From Minisyncoccota bacterium (GTDB taxonomy: Bacteria; Patescibacteriota; Minisyncoccia; Phycocordibacterales; CSBR16-193): a stretch of 64,000 nt of DNA. The notes beneath the pieces are model-generated. The model had not been told where the DNA came from and did not search any database. It worked only from the letters and a program-made list of their open reading frames with translations. Where the stretch lies: contig JBBDRA010000003.1 in NCBI GenBank assembly GCA_040905715.1, forward strand, positions 199,075 through 263,074, in the 5' to 3' direction. A program made the position numbers and the translations under genes. Below, one piece after another: positions 17,519-27,459 of this stretch; the stretch's first letter is position 1; every line of letters starts with the position of its first letter.

Positions 17519-17691
17519 GAATGAGTCTCGTACGCGGGCCTGAACTTTTTATTTTGTCACACACAGAGGCCAGACATCAGTAAGTAATCCATTGACGAGT
17601 TTTTGATGCTGTAGTTAAATAGAAATAGCGGATCAGTTCATTGTTTTTCTTCATTTCGTTTGACGCTTAGCGTCAGAAAGGAGGATACCCG

Positions 17692-17985
17692 ATGCGGTAT
17701 CTGATCCTGATAGCAGCGGTGGCACTGATGAGTGTCCCCGCGCTCGCGAATGCGCCTCCGGAGAATGTCGAGAGCGATACTTTTTATTTGATCAGCCTCG
17801 ACGTCATCCCGACGGCGGACATCGGCGAGCTTATGCCGGCAATGGCAGAAAAGCGGGATCGATTGTCTCCAACGCCTGTTTCCAGGATCGCGCCGGCATT
17901 CGCCAAGAGCATGAATGATTCGTGTCCGAAGGGAGGTGCGCCGGCGATTGCCGGCATGAGTACGCGTTCCCCACGCGGAGCGTAG
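17692..17985 (+). CDS. small secreted hypothetical protein
   Basis: SD gaaaggagga; signal peptide MRYLILIAAVALMSVPALA. Confidence 0.6.
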   Translation: MRYLILIAAVALMSVPALANAPPENVESDTFYLISLDVIPTADIGELMPAMAEKRDRLSPTPVSRIAPAFAKSMNDSCPKGGAPAIAGMSTRSPRGA

Positions 17986-18020
17986 CAACCTCACGGATGA
18001 GGATACCAAGAAAAGCACGG

Positions 18021-18047
18021 CCCCGGTTCGAGTGAACCGGGGTTTTA
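18021..18047 (+). terminator. rho-independent terminator
   Basis: ccccggttc gagtg aaccgggg plus TTTT. Confidence 0.6.
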
Positions 18048-18197
18048 TCGTGTAAGACTTCTGTTGTGATCTTGCAGTGGGTTCTTAAAACGTGTGGTGC
18101 CAGGTAGGTGGCGCGTTACGTATTTTGGGGATAAGTTATTTTGAGTCGGCATTAGCGTGATATACTTTAATTAGTATTAATAATTCACTATTTTTGT

Positions 18198-18392
18198 ATG
18201 GCTAAAAAAGTATATTATTACGTAGTTTCGATGGTCTTTTTTGTAGTTATGTTGCTTCACTTGGCCCGCATTGTTTACAGCTGGGATGCTGTGGTTGGCG
18301 GGGCAGTCATTCCTCTATGGGTCAGTTGGGCGGCCGTTGTGATAGCCGGGTATCTCTGTGCTCGCGGTTGGATGTTTGCAAAAAATGCTTAA
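18198..18392 (+). CDS. small membrane protein
   Basis: 64 aa, two hydrophobic helices. Confidence 0.5.
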   Translation: MAKKVYYYVVSMVFFVVMLLHLARIVYSWDAVVGGAVIPLWVSWAAVVIAGYLCARGWMFAKNA

Positions 18393-18403
18393 ATTATTGA
18401 TCT

Positions 18404-18808
18404 ATGGATACTATGAATGATCAAGATATACAACAAGAACAAGTTCAATCTACTACTCAAGACTCACATCTGAACACAGCGGGTCCTGAACAACAAGATA
18501 GAAAATCTACTGAGGAAGATAACGAATTACTCATGGGTATCTTGGCGTATCTGGGACCCCTTTTCCTTGTGCCGCTTTTGGCAGCGAAGGAAAATGATTT
18601 TGCTCAGTATCACGCTAAACAAGGTGCTGCATTATTTATTGGTGCTGTGGCGATCATGATGATAGCCTGGTTTCCGATCATCGGTTGGTTGATCGGTTTC
18701 GTCGCCTGGATCGCGTGGGTTGTGTTAACGATCATCGGTATCATGAATGTTGTACAGAAAAAGAAGAAGTCATTGCCGATCGTCGGCGGACTAGCGAAGC
18801 ATTTCTAG
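18404..18808 (+). CDS. DUF4870-like membrane protein
   Basis: ILAYLGPLFLVPLL...KENDFAQYHAKQG motif resembles DUF4870; N-terminal polar extension. Confidence 0.5.
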   Translation: MDTMNDQDIQQEQVQSTTQDSHLNTAGPEQQDRKSTEEDNELLMGILAYLGPLFLVPLLAAKENDFAQYHAKQGAALFIGAVAIMMIAWFPIIGWLIGFVAWIAWVVLTIIGIMNVVQKKKKSLPIVGGLAKHF

Positions 18809-18879
18809 TTCGAATTTTTAAACATAAGACCTTGCCTCTAGTTTGACACCCTTAGCAGTGATGCTGCGCAGGGTGTTTT

Positions 18880-19776
18880 TTATTGTAGAAATTTTTTTAC
18901 TGCTGCATGAATCTGCTTATCTTCATCAGGTCGGAACCACTGGATTCGGCTGTCCCGTTTAAACCAGGAACGTTGACGTTTGGCATACTGACCTATCGCT
19001 GTTGTAAGCTGGTCAACCATCTCTCCTTTTGAAAGATCTCCCTGGAGGTAGTAAGCGAGATATCGGTACTCGAGCCCGAGTTGTATCATTCGCTCGAATG
19101 GTAAACCGTTTTCATGAAGGTTTTTTGCTTCATTGATCATGCCGGCGTGTAAGCGCTTTTCAAGACGACTTTGTATTCGCTCTCGTAGTTCGTTCATTTC
19201 AAGCGTAAGACCTATTTCAAGCACGTCATACGGTGATGCGTTAGTTGAAAGGGGTGGCACTTTCCCCACATGCTCAACTACCTCAAGCGCGCGTATAAGT
19301 CGTCGTTTGTTATCCGGCTCGATAGTCGCTGCTCGCTGGGAGTCTTTTTCTTGAAGTTCGGCAAAAAGCTCCTCGGTGTTTTTCTGTTCGAGCGTTGCGC
19401 GAAGTTCTTCGTCGGGCGGAACTTCAGGAAACGCAACATTGTCAACAACTGCTTGGATATAAAAACCGGTTCCGCCAACTAGAATTGGAAGTTTATCTCT
19501 GGAGTGAATACTAGCAATAGTGTCTTGCGCTATCTTCTTATACTCCGTAACAGTTATCTGCTCGTCTGGCTCGGCAATGTCGAGTAAGTAGTGAGGGACA
19601 CCTTTCATCTCTTCGCGGGTGATCTTGCCTGTGCCGATATCAAGTCCGCGGTAGATCTGTCGCGAGTCGGCGGACACTACTTCGCCGTCGAATGCACGAG
19701 CGAGCTCAACCGCGAGGTCGCTTTTACCGGTCGCGGTCGGACCGAGTATGACGAGGAGTTTTTGTTTTTCGTTCAT
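18880..19776 (-). CDS. miaA: tRNA dimethylallyltransferase
   Basis: P-loop GPTATGKS; DSRQIYRGLDIGTGK; ATG at 19776 taken because the longer listed ORF runs into tRNA-Leu. Confidence 0.9.
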   Translation of the reverse strand: MNEKQKLLVILGPTATGKSDLAVELARAFDGEVVSADSRQIYRGLDIGTGKITREEMKGVPHYLLDIAEPDEQITVTEYKKIAQDTIASIHSRDKLPILVGGTGFYIQAVVDNVAFPEVPPDEELRATLEQKNTEELFAELQEKDSQRAATIEPDNKRRLIRALEVVEHVGKVPPLSTNASPYDVLEIGLTLEMNELRERIQSRLEKRLHAGMINEAKNLHENGLPFERMIQLGLEYRYLAYYLQGDLSKGEMVDQLTTAIGQYAKRQRSWFKRDSRIQWFRPDEDKQIHAAVKKFLQ

Positions 19777-19779
19777 CTG

Positions 19780-19861
19780 TGCCGGAGGTGGGACTTGAAC
19801 CCACATCCCTTGCGAGACACGATTTTGAGTCGTGCGCGTATACCAATTCCGCCACTCCGGC
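19780..19861 (-). tRNA. tRNA-Leu (anticodon CAA), class II
   Basis: minus-strand GCCGGAG...CTCCGGC acceptor; anticodon loop CTCAAAA; long variable arm; T-arm GTGGG-TTCAAGT-CCCAC. Confidence 0.88.
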
Positions 19862-19984
19862 AATCATCGTCAGCGTACTATAAAACAAGGGGTATTTCAA
19901 TTTACATGTGGTTCTGTGGACTGGGTTCGTGTGTTATACTGCAGCTATATCTAATTTCTAAAGCCTAGGACCTAACGCTAAACT

Positions 19985-21421
19985 ATGACCGGTTTTTATC
20001 AAGATTCTATATTTTGGGTTGAGGTGGATAAGATCCAACCAAACCCGTATCAACCCCGCAAAGAGTTCAACCAAGAGGAGCTACAGAGTTTGGCGGATTC
20101 AATTCGACAGTACGGGGTGCTTCAAGCGCTGGTTGTAACCAGAACTGAATACCAGAAAGAAGACGGCGGATTAGCTGTGCAGTACGAGCTTATTTCCGGT
20201 GAACGACGGTTGCGAGCAGCAAAGCTTGGCGGCGTAAAGCAGGTGCCGGTGATGATCCGAACCGGGGAGGACAGCACGCAGATGAAACTCGAACTCGCTA
20301 TTATTGAAAACATTCAGCGTGAAGAACTGAATGTGGTGGATCGGGCGCGAGCCTTTCAAAAACTAGTAGATGAATTCAGCTTTTCTCACGCCAAGATCGC
20401 GCAGAAGGTAGGTAAGAGTCGTGAGTACATCACTAACAACTTACGCGTGCTTTCGCTACCGGATAACATTCTTGATGACCTGAGTGCTGGTAAACTATCT
20501 GAGGGTCATGCACGACCATTGATGGCGCTTAAGGACAAGCCGGAGGAACAGGCGGTTTTACATAAAGAGATCATGTACAAGAAGATGAGTGTTCGCGAGG
20601 CCGAGCGAGTAGCACGAAAGATAGCGCACGAAAATACTCGCAAAAAAAGCGCTAATTACAATTCTGAGGTCGCCAGTTTAGAAAAGGAGTTTTCCCAGTC
20701 ACTTGGAACCAGGGTGCATATTGAAAAGCGCGATCAGGGAGGCAAGCTTACCATCGATTATTTTTCAGACGAAGATCTTCAGCAGTTGCTCGAGTTGTTC
20801 AAGCAGCATGGTGGATCAAAAAGCCCGACTGAGATGATGGAAAAATTCATTGCATCCAAGCAGGAGAAAAAGCAAGAGAGAGAGCAAACACAAAACCAAG
20901 GAAGCATTCAGGAGGAAAAACAAACAGTCGAAGGTTCGGTGTTGCAACAAACACCGGAAGAAAATCAGAATGAAAACCCGAGAGATGAAAAAGTTACACC
21001 AGATGAAAGTGATGGGACTATGTCTACAAATGTAACAGCGGGCGCGGGTACGGTTGCTTCGAGTGCTTCTGGTCAAGAGCCTGCACCGGCACCGGAAGAT
21101 CAACGTCAGGATGATTCTGTAGCGCAAGCCCAGTCTACAGATCAGTTTTCTCCAGAGTCCGTATTAACTTCAAATGAGTTACATGAACCTGTCGCAAATA
21201 AGGAGTCAAACGATACTCAAACACATGTATCGCAACCGGGTAGCGAAAGCGGTCAAGCGCAGTCTGAATCAGAGCCTGAATCAAGTCCGATAACCGCACA
21301 GTCGTTTGTGGAGGAGGAATACGGCACAGACAATGAACAGTCAAAGGATGCGCCGGAAACCCCTGAAGATGACACAACAACTGACGACGATTTGTATTCG
21401 GTTAAGAATTTTACGATATAG
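19985..21421 (+). CDS. parB: ParB/Spo0J-family partition protein with a long acidic/Q-rich C-terminal tail
   Basis: GERRLRAAKLGG motif and HTH region; low-complexity tail of ~170 aa. Confidence 0.85.
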   Translation: MTGFYQDSIFWVEVDKIQPNPYQPRKEFNQEELQSLADSIRQYGVLQALVVTRTEYQKEDGGLAVQYELISGERRLRAAKLGGVKQVPVMIRTGEDSTQMKLELAIIENIQREELNVVDRARAFQKLVDEFSFSHAKIAQKVGKSREYITNNLRVLSLPDNILDDLSAGKLSEGHARPLMALKDKPEEQAVLHKEIMYKKMSVREAERVARKIAHENTRKKSANYNSEVASLEKEFSQSLGTRVHIEKRDQGGKLTIDYFSDEDLQQLLELFKQHGGSKSPTEMMEKFIASKQEKKQEREQTQNQGSIQEEKQTVEGSVLQQTPEENQNENPRDEKVTPDESDGTMSTNVTAGAGTVASSASGQEPAPAPEDQRQDDSVAQAQSTDQFSPESVLTSNELHEPVANKESNDTQTHVSQPGSESGQAQSESEPESSPITAQSFVEEEYGTDNEQSKDAPETPEDDTTTDDDLYSVKNFTI

Positions 21422-21461
21422 CGATATAGATAGAGGCTTGCTACGCTAAGATCAATAAAAT

Positions 21462-21492
21462 AAATGGCTCACATTGCTTGTGAGCCATTTAT
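21462..21492. terminator. bidirectional hairpin between the convergent parB and topA
   Basis: aaatggctcaca ttgct tgtgagccattt flanked by T and A runs. Confidence 0.6.
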
Positions 21493-21498
21493 TTTCAC

Positions 21499-23718
21499 TT
21501 ATTTACCTTCCTGTTCTTTCTCCTTTTGCTTTTTTTCTTTCGCTTTCTGGCGTTTCTCCTTTTCTTTAAGTATTTCAAGTGCGCGATCGAGCTTTACTGT
21601 GTAGACGTCGTCATCTTTTTTAAGACTGGCGTACACATCGTTGTGCCACACGTACGGACCGAATCGGCCAATACTTGCTTTGACCGGTTCACCGGTTTTC
21701 GGATGATCGCCAAGATCGCGGGGAAGTGAAAGATACTTTTCTGCATCCTTCATGGTCAACTTTTCTAAGTCCATCTCTTTTGGAACACTGGCACGTTTCG
21801 GCTTTTCAGCTTTTTTGTCACCTTTCTCCGGTGATTCGCCAAGCTGGACGTATGGACCAAAGCGTCCGGTAAGCAGGTAAATATTTTCACCGGTCTTTGA
21901 GTGCTGGCCGATCGGCTCATCTTCTTTTATCTCCATTCCTTCAAGGGTTAGCGCGCCGTCACAATCAGGAAATGTCGAGCAGGAAAGGAACTTGCCGCCA
22001 CGTCCGAGTTTGATGACCATGGATTTGCCGCACTTGGGGCACTTGAATTTCTTGTCGGCTTTGCCAAGGTTGGTTATCTTTTCAATATCTTCTTTTGATT
22101 TAACAGTTTTAAGGAATGGCTTGTAAAACTCGTTCAGGGTGCCAACATAATCCCCGTTTCCTTCAGCAATATCATCAAGCTTCTGCTCCATTTGAGAGGT
22201 AAAGTCATCGTTAATGTACTCCATGAAGTGGCTCTCGAGAAAATCACTCACGACCATGCCGGTGTCTGTTGGTATAAGCGCCTTGCTCTCACTCAGAACA
22301 TACTCACGGTCCTGAAGTGTTTGAATAATAGAGGCATAGGTACTCGGTCGTCCGATACCTCGCTTTTCGAGCTCCTTAACGAGTCCGGCTTCTGAGTAGT
22401 GAGAGGGCGGTTGGGTTTCTTTGCCTTCAGTCGATATGTCTTTAAGATCTAACGGCTCACCGGCTTCAACTCCCGGCACCTCTGTTTCTTCGCCTCGTGC
22501 GCCCGGATCTGCTTTAAACCAGCCATCGAACGCGATCTGTGAACCGGTAACACGAAAGTCGGGCAGGTCGTTATCGACGGTGTTAGATACGATCGTGGTT
22601 CGAGTGATCTTGGCTGAAGCCATTTGCGAGGCAACCGTTCGCTGCCAGATAAGCTGATACACTTTTTGTTGGTCCGGATTATTGCCGGCTTTGTCTTTTG
22701 AGAAGGTGGTGGGACGAATCGCTTCGTGGGCTTCTTGCGCACTTTTGCTTTTCTTTGTGTAGGTGTGTGTTTCAAGGTACTCCTCACCATATTGCTTCTT
22801 TATCAGAGATGTGATCTGCGTGATCGCTTCCTTGGCAAGGTTCGTGCTGTCTGTACGCATATACGTGATGTGCCCTGCCTCGTACAGTTTCTGGGCCAGG
22901 CGCATTGTGCGCGACGGTGAGAAACCGAGCCGAGAGCTCGCTGCTTGTTGAAGGGTCGATGTGATGAACGGTGGTCGTGGCTTCCGGGTGACTGTTTGTT
23001 CTTTTACATCTTTGACGTGCCAATCTTTTTTCTTCGCAGTGGCGACGATATCCTTGGCTTTTTTCTCGTCCGTCGGTTCTTCTGAGCAGACGGCAACAAA
23101 ACCGGCCTTTTTCTTTGGTTTTAGATCAGCGGTTATTACCCAAAACGGGGTTGGGACAAATGCCTGAATCTCGCGCTCGCGCTCGGCGAGGATCCGGAGT
23201 GCAGGGGACTGAACGCGTCCGGCAGAAAGACCGTAGCGTAGTTTCTTCCAGATCAATCCGGAAAGGTCGTACCCAAAGAGTCGGTCAAGAACTCGCCGGG
23301 TTTCTTGGGCTTCCTTGAGATTGTGATCAATGTTGCGTGGATGCTTGATCGCTTCTTGAACAGCGTCCTTGGTGATCTCGTTAAAGACAATACGTTTGGC
23401 GTTCTTGATACCGGCAGCTTCTCGAACGTGCCAGGCGATCGCTTCGCCTTCTCGGTCGGGGTCAGTCGCGAGATATACATCTTTTGCTTTTGATACTGCT
23501 TCTTTGATACCCTCGACCACGTGCTCTTTTCCGGGCGTGATCTGGTAGTGAGGCTTGAAATCATTGTCGATCTCAACAGCGTCAGCGTTCTTCTTCGGCA
23601 GGTCACGAATGTGGCCAACCGATGCTTTAACGATAAAGTCACTGCCAAGATATTTCTTTATTGTCTTCTCCTTTGCCGGGGACTCAACAATAACGAGGTT
23701 CTTTTTAGTAGTTGTCAT
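21499..23718 (-). CDS. topA: DNA topoisomerase I
   Basis: N-terminal LVIVESPAKEKTI Toprim domain; C-terminal zinc ribbon; K-rich tail. Confidence 0.95.
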   Translation of the reverse strand: MTTTKKNLVIVESPAKEKTIKKYLGSDFIVKASVGHIRDLPKKNADAVEIDNDFKPHYQITPGKEHVVEGIKEAVSKAKDVYLATDPDREGEAIAWHVREAAGIKNAKRIVFNEITKDAVQEAIKHPRNIDHNLKEAQETRRVLDRLFGYDLSGLIWKKLRYGLSAGRVQSPALRILAEREREIQAFVPTPFWVITADLKPKKKAGFVAVCSEEPTDEKKAKDIVATAKKKDWHVKDVKEQTVTRKPRPPFITSTLQQAASSRLGFSPSRTMRLAQKLYEAGHITYMRTDSTNLAKEAITQITSLIKKQYGEEYLETHTYTKKSKSAQEAHEAIRPTTFSKDKAGNNPDQQKVYQLIWQRTVASQMASAKITRTTIVSNTVDNDLPDFRVTGSQIAFDGWFKADPGARGEETEVPGVEAGEPLDLKDISTEGKETQPPSHYSEAGLVKELEKRGIGRPSTYASIIQTLQDREYVLSESKALIPTDTGMVVSDFLESHFMEYINDDFTSQMEQKLDDIAEGNGDYVGTLNEFYKPFLKTVKSKEDIEKITNLGKADKKFKCPKCGKSMVIKLGRGGKFLSCSTFPDCDGALTLEGMEIKEDEPIGQHSKTGENIYLLTGRFGPYVQLGESPEKGDKKAEKPKRASVPKEMDLEKLTMKDAEKYLSLPRDLGDHPKTGEPVKASIGRFGPYVWHNDVYASLKKDDDVYTVKLDRALEILKEKEKRQKAKEKKQKEKEQEGK

Positions 23719-23838
23719 AGTGTACGTTTGTATAACAGGATAGCATAGAATGCAAGCTTGGCCAGATACTGTGACCTCAATGCTTCCGGTAAAAAAGGTT
23801 TGGAGAACCCGGATAAATTCACTAGGTATGTGAATCGT

Positions 23839-24714
23839 TCACAGACGAAAGAGTGATCCTCGCTCTTCTTTGATAACACTTTTCATCTCCAGCGCGGCAA
23901 TGGTCATGTTTGCTTTGCTGGTGCCGAGTCTGCTCAGGCGGATCACTTCATCGCGACCTCTCGGTTCAGCTAGAACCTTGAGGATGATCTGTTCGTCGCC
24001 TGAGTAATGTGACAGTTCAAGGGGCTCTTGCGTTACGGTCTCGCTTGTTAGAGCAAGTGCTTCGTGGAGGTCAACGGCCGACGTGATCGGCGTGGCTCCG
24101 TCACGGATCAGTTGGTGAGGGCCAACGCTTCCATCAGAGAATAGAGAGCCGGGTGTTGCCAGAACATCACGGTTGTACTCACCGGCTAGACGGGCAGTGA
24201 TAAGCGTGCCGGAGCGATCGCGGGCCTCAATGATCAGTATGGCATGCGAGAGACCGGCCATGATGCGATTGCGTTGCGGGAAGGCCCAGGGAGTGGACCG
24301 AAAGTCGGGTTCAAATTCAGAGACAAGTGCGCCGCCGCACTCAACGATCCGGTCGGCTAGACCGAGGTTGGAGCGGGGAGCGATCACCTTACGACCAAGT
24401 CCTGACCCCGGGACGGCTACGGTAGCGAGGCCGGCAGCTAATGCGGCTTCGTGGGCAAGCGCATCGATGCCGAGGGCAAGACCGGAAATGACTGTTACCG
24501 GCTTACCTCGAAGCGAACTGATGAGTGTGTCAACCACTTGTTTTCCATACGGAGAGTGTTTGCGAGAGCCGACCACGCACAATGTTGTATTCGTGTCCGG
24601 GGGCAGTGTCCCTTTTATGTACAACTGTTTCGGCGGGTCGGGAATCTCTTGGAGCAACAGTGGGAATTGAGCCGGCGCAAGCTTAAAAAGTTTCTCAGAG
24701 GTCATTTCCCGCAT
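23839..24714 (-). CDS. dprA: DNA processing protein DprA
   Basis: GSRKHSPYG and GLALGIDALAHEAAL motifs. Confidence 0.9.
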   Translation of the reverse strand: MREMTSEKLFKLAPAQFPLLLQEIPDPPKQLYIKGTLPPDTNTTLCVVGSRKHSPYGKQVVDTLISSLRGKPVTVISGLALGIDALAHEAALAAGLATVAVPGSGLGRKVIAPRSNLGLADRIVECGGALVSEFEPDFRSTPWAFPQRNRIMAGLSHAILIIEARDRSGTLITARLAGEYNRDVLATPGSLFSDGSVGPHQLIRDGATPITSAVDLHEALALTSETVTQEPLELSHYSGDEQIILKVLAEPRGRDEVIRLSRLGTSKANMTIAALEMKSVIKEERGSLFRL

Positions 24715-24770
24715 TGTAACACCTCGTGGTACTATACTAAATACAGAATACGATATACTGAATACTGCAT

Positions 24771-26042
24771 ATGTTAGATATACATTTCATTCGAGATAAT
24801 AAAGACCTAGTGCAAGAAGCTGCTCGTAAAAAACGGATCGATTTTGACGTAGCAAAACTTATCGAAGTAGACGATAGTCGTCGTAAGCTTCAGCAAGAGG
24901 TGGACGATCTGCGCGCGAAGCAGAACGTCGCAAGTAGCGCAATTGCGTCAATTGAGAACACCGAAGAGAAACAGCAAAAGATCGCAGAATCAAAAGAAGC
25001 AAAAGAGGCGCTCCAGAAGAAAGAAGAGGAGCTCAAAAGCGTAATGGAGGAGTGGAAGAATCTCATGATCGCTGTGCCTAATGTCCCCGACATGTCTGTG
25101 CCGGACGGCAATGACGAGAATGACAACCAGGAGGTCAAGCAGGTGGGTGAGAAGCCAACATTTTCGTTTGAACCAAAAGATCATGTTGAGTTAATGACCA
25201 ACCTCGGCATGGTTGATTTTGATAGGGGAACAAAGATCCATGGTTTTCGCGGATATGTGTTGATCGGAGATGGTGCCCTTCTCTCACACGCTATTTGGGA
25301 CTGTGCTCGTGATTTTTATCTGAAAAAGAACTTTACCTACGCACTCCCGCCTGCGATTGCAAAGAAAGAGTATTTCTATGGCACCGGACACCTTCCAACT
25401 GAGGCTGAGGATCTATATCAAACGCAAGATGACGACTATCTATCGGGCACCTCTGAGGTACCTATGATGGCGTATCACTCAGATGAAACACTTAAAAAAG
25501 AAGATTTGCCAAAACGGTATCTGGCTTTTTCTCCATGTTATCGACGTGAGGCGGGCAGCTATGGAAAGGACACCAAAGGACTGTTGCGCGTGCATGAATT
25601 TTATAAACTTGAGCAGCTTGTATTGTGTGAAGCAGATCACGAGCAATCGGTTCAATTTCATGAGGAGCTGAATCGAAACACTGAGGAGTTTCTTGAGTTG
25701 CTCGGTTTGCCGTATCGGCAAGTATTAATAAGCTCGGGAGATCTTTCCAGTGGAAAGGTGAAACAGTACGATACCGATCTTTGGATACCGTCTCAAAAAA
25801 CATACCGTGAGATATCCAGTGCATCGTATTATCACGATTTTCAATCTCGTCGATTTAATATTCGCTATGACGATGAGGGTAAGAAGCGGTATGTGCACTC
25901 ACTGAATGCCACCGCCATACCGACACCTCGCGTACTCATCTCGCTTATTGAAAATAACCAGCAGAGTGACGGGTCGGTTACGATTCCGGAAGCATTGCGT
26001 CCGTACCTCGGCGGACGTGAGGCGTTCACTCTGCGTTCATAG
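24771..26042 (+). CDS. serS: seryl-tRNA synthetase
   Basis: N-terminal coiled coil; class II motifs FSPCYRREAGSYGKDTKGLLRVHEF. Confidence 0.95.
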   Translation: MLDIHFIRDNKDLVQEAARKKRIDFDVAKLIEVDDSRRKLQQEVDDLRAKQNVASSAIASIENTEEKQQKIAESKEAKEALQKKEEELKSVMEEWKNLMIAVPNVPDMSVPDGNDENDNQEVKQVGEKPTFSFEPKDHVELMTNLGMVDFDRGTKIHGFRGYVLIGDGALLSHAIWDCARDFYLKKNFTYALPPAIAKKEYFYGTGHLPTEAEDLYQTQDDDYLSGTSEVPMMAYHSDETLKKEDLPKRYLAFSPCYRREAGSYGKDTKGLLRVHEFYKLEQLVLCEADHEQSVQFHEELNRNTEEFLELLGLPYRQVLISSGDLSSGKVKQYDTDLWIPSQKTYREISSASYYHDFQSRRFNIRYDDEGKKRYVHSLNATAIPTPRVLISLIENNQQSDGSVTIPEALRPYLGGREAFTLRS

Positions 26043-26053
26043 TATTTATTCTT

Positions 26054-27016
26054 ATGGCTCCACGACGGCGTAATGTAAAACCATACATGCGACGCCGACG
26101 GCGGCGCATAGCGCTTGTCGCCGTACTTTTTATCAGTGCTACTGTTTTAGTTTTCGGTAGTGCGTACATCGCCCGGCTCAGTTGGTGGACGGTACATGAT
26201 ATCGTTGTGCATGGAGCAGACGCGACATCGCCCAGCAAGATGAAGTTCGTCGCTGAGAAGAACTTGTCCGGCTCTTATGCCTGGATTATTCCGAAACGTA
26301 ACGCGCTGTTCTATCCGAAGTCAGCAATTCGGCAGGATCTTCTGGAAACATTCCCTCGAATCAGTGAGATAGATCTATCGCTCGATGGTTTTAGCAAGTT
26401 GGATATAACGATTCGGGAACGGCAAGCGTACGGAATGTGGTGCAACGACAAGATGTCGACAGCAACAAGCACCGATCAAGGAGACGAAGAGCACGAAGAC
26501 TGCTTCTTTCTCGATGGTCGTGGCTATATTTATGCAAGAGCAGCAACATTCTCAGATGAAGTGTACCTGACCTTCTATGGAGGCAGATTCGATCACGTGG
26601 GTGGTGGTGAGAAGAAAGAAGATTCAATCGTTGATGAAACGCATGCAAGCTCTACTTCCAGCGTTGCATCGTCTACCGATCCCATCGGCACCACTTTTCT
26701 TGCGAATGAATTTTCTGACTTAAGAGTGTTTCTTGAGCGACTTGAGCATCTAGGTCTGCGTCCACGATCTGTGTACGCGGATCTACCGCAGGATTTTCGT
26801 ATAGAACTAGATAACGGCAGCTACGTCATAATTAATCTCAAAAATGACCTCGAAAGTACCTTTGGGAATCTTCGATTACTGCTTGAAACAAGAGAGCTTG
26901 AACTTCAGGACGGTGACGGTGACTTCCGATTTTCCTCCATTGATCTTCGGTTTGGTAATCGTGTTTTTTATGAGCCACTGGAAAATGAGGATAGTGAAGA
27001 TGATTCTCCACAATAG
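26054..27016 (+). CDS. membrane-anchored protein, FtsQ/DivIB-like (POTRA-type)
   Basis: basic N-terminus, single TM, POTRA-like pattern (I.V.G......ERQAYGMW...FLDGRGYIYA). Confidence 0.45.
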   Translation: MAPRRRNVKPYMRRRRRRIALVAVLFISATVLVFGSAYIARLSWWTVHDIVVHGADATSPSKMKFVAEKNLSGSYAWIIPKRNALFYPKSAIRQDLLETFPRISEIDLSLDGFSKLDITIRERQAYGMWCNDKMSTATSTDQGDEEHEDCFFLDGRGYIYARAATFSDEVYLTFYGGRFDHVGGGEKKEDSIVDETHASSTSSVASSTDPIGTTFLANEFSDLRVFLERLEHLGLRPRSVYADLPQDFRIELDNGSYVIINLKNDLESTFGNLRLLLETRELELQDGDGDFRFSSIDLRFGNRVFYEPLENEDSEDDSPQ

Positions 27017-27066
27017 AGGTGCCGGCACTCGATTAAGCCGGAAGATCTCGTGATATACTGGTAGTA

Positions 27067-27459
27067 ATGTGGGTCCATTCTTTTCTCGTTGACTATGCAC
27101 TCTGGCACTATACGCGTGCCATCAGTGATGGTGTGCGTATTCTACGCAATTTTGTGTGGTTTTGTTTTCATTTCTTCTCTCTAGCTCTTCTTGCTCGAAC
27201 ATTATTCGCGCCGTTCGAGAAACTTGGCGAGCGGTATCCTCGCGGTTTTGATGTGCCTCAAATACTGTCTGCCTTTGTGGTAAATATTCTGATGCGTATC
27301 GTCGGGGCACTTAGCCGTCTGATTATTATAAGTGTTGGACTTCTTTGCATGGCAGGCGTAGTGCTCTTCGGAGTCATCGGTTTTATTGTCTGGATCATTT
27401 TTCCGTTTGCGGCACTTGGTGCCGGGGTGACCGGAATATTACTTATTATCGGGGTATGA
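27067..27459 (+). CDS. integral membrane protein, hypothetical
   Basis: 4 hydrophobic segments; stop overlaps the start of the next gene. Confidence 0.5.
   Translation: MWVHSFLVDYALWHYTRAISDGVRILRNFVWFCFHFFSLALLARTLFAPFEKLGERYPRGFDVPQILSAFVVNILMRIVGALSRLIIISVGLLCMAGVVLFGVIGFIVWIIFPFAALGAGVTGILLIIGV

Noticed and set aside
17561-17574. A 14-nt match, cacagaggccagac, between 17561-17574 and 45665-45678.
   Set aside because: With about 4e9 strand-aware position pairs in 64 kb, several exact 14-mers are expected by chance. The flanks do not extend the match.
19777-19863. N-terminal extension of miaA through MPEWRNWYTRTTQ.
   Set aside because: That stretch is the antisense of tRNA-Leu(CAA). The conserved MiaA N-terminus starts at MNEKQKLLVILGPT (ATG 19776).
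24173-24670. A 165-aa plus-strand ORF inside dprA. Similar long antisense ORFs lie within the Clp-family ATPase gene (28613-29281), leuC (41583-41993), dnaX/tRNA-Gln (36030-36705), the ABC-F gene (52140-52880) and the DapB-like gene.
   Set aside because: They are antisense to strongly supported genes, are GC-skewed or low-complexity, and have no RBS. These are typical shadow ORFs.
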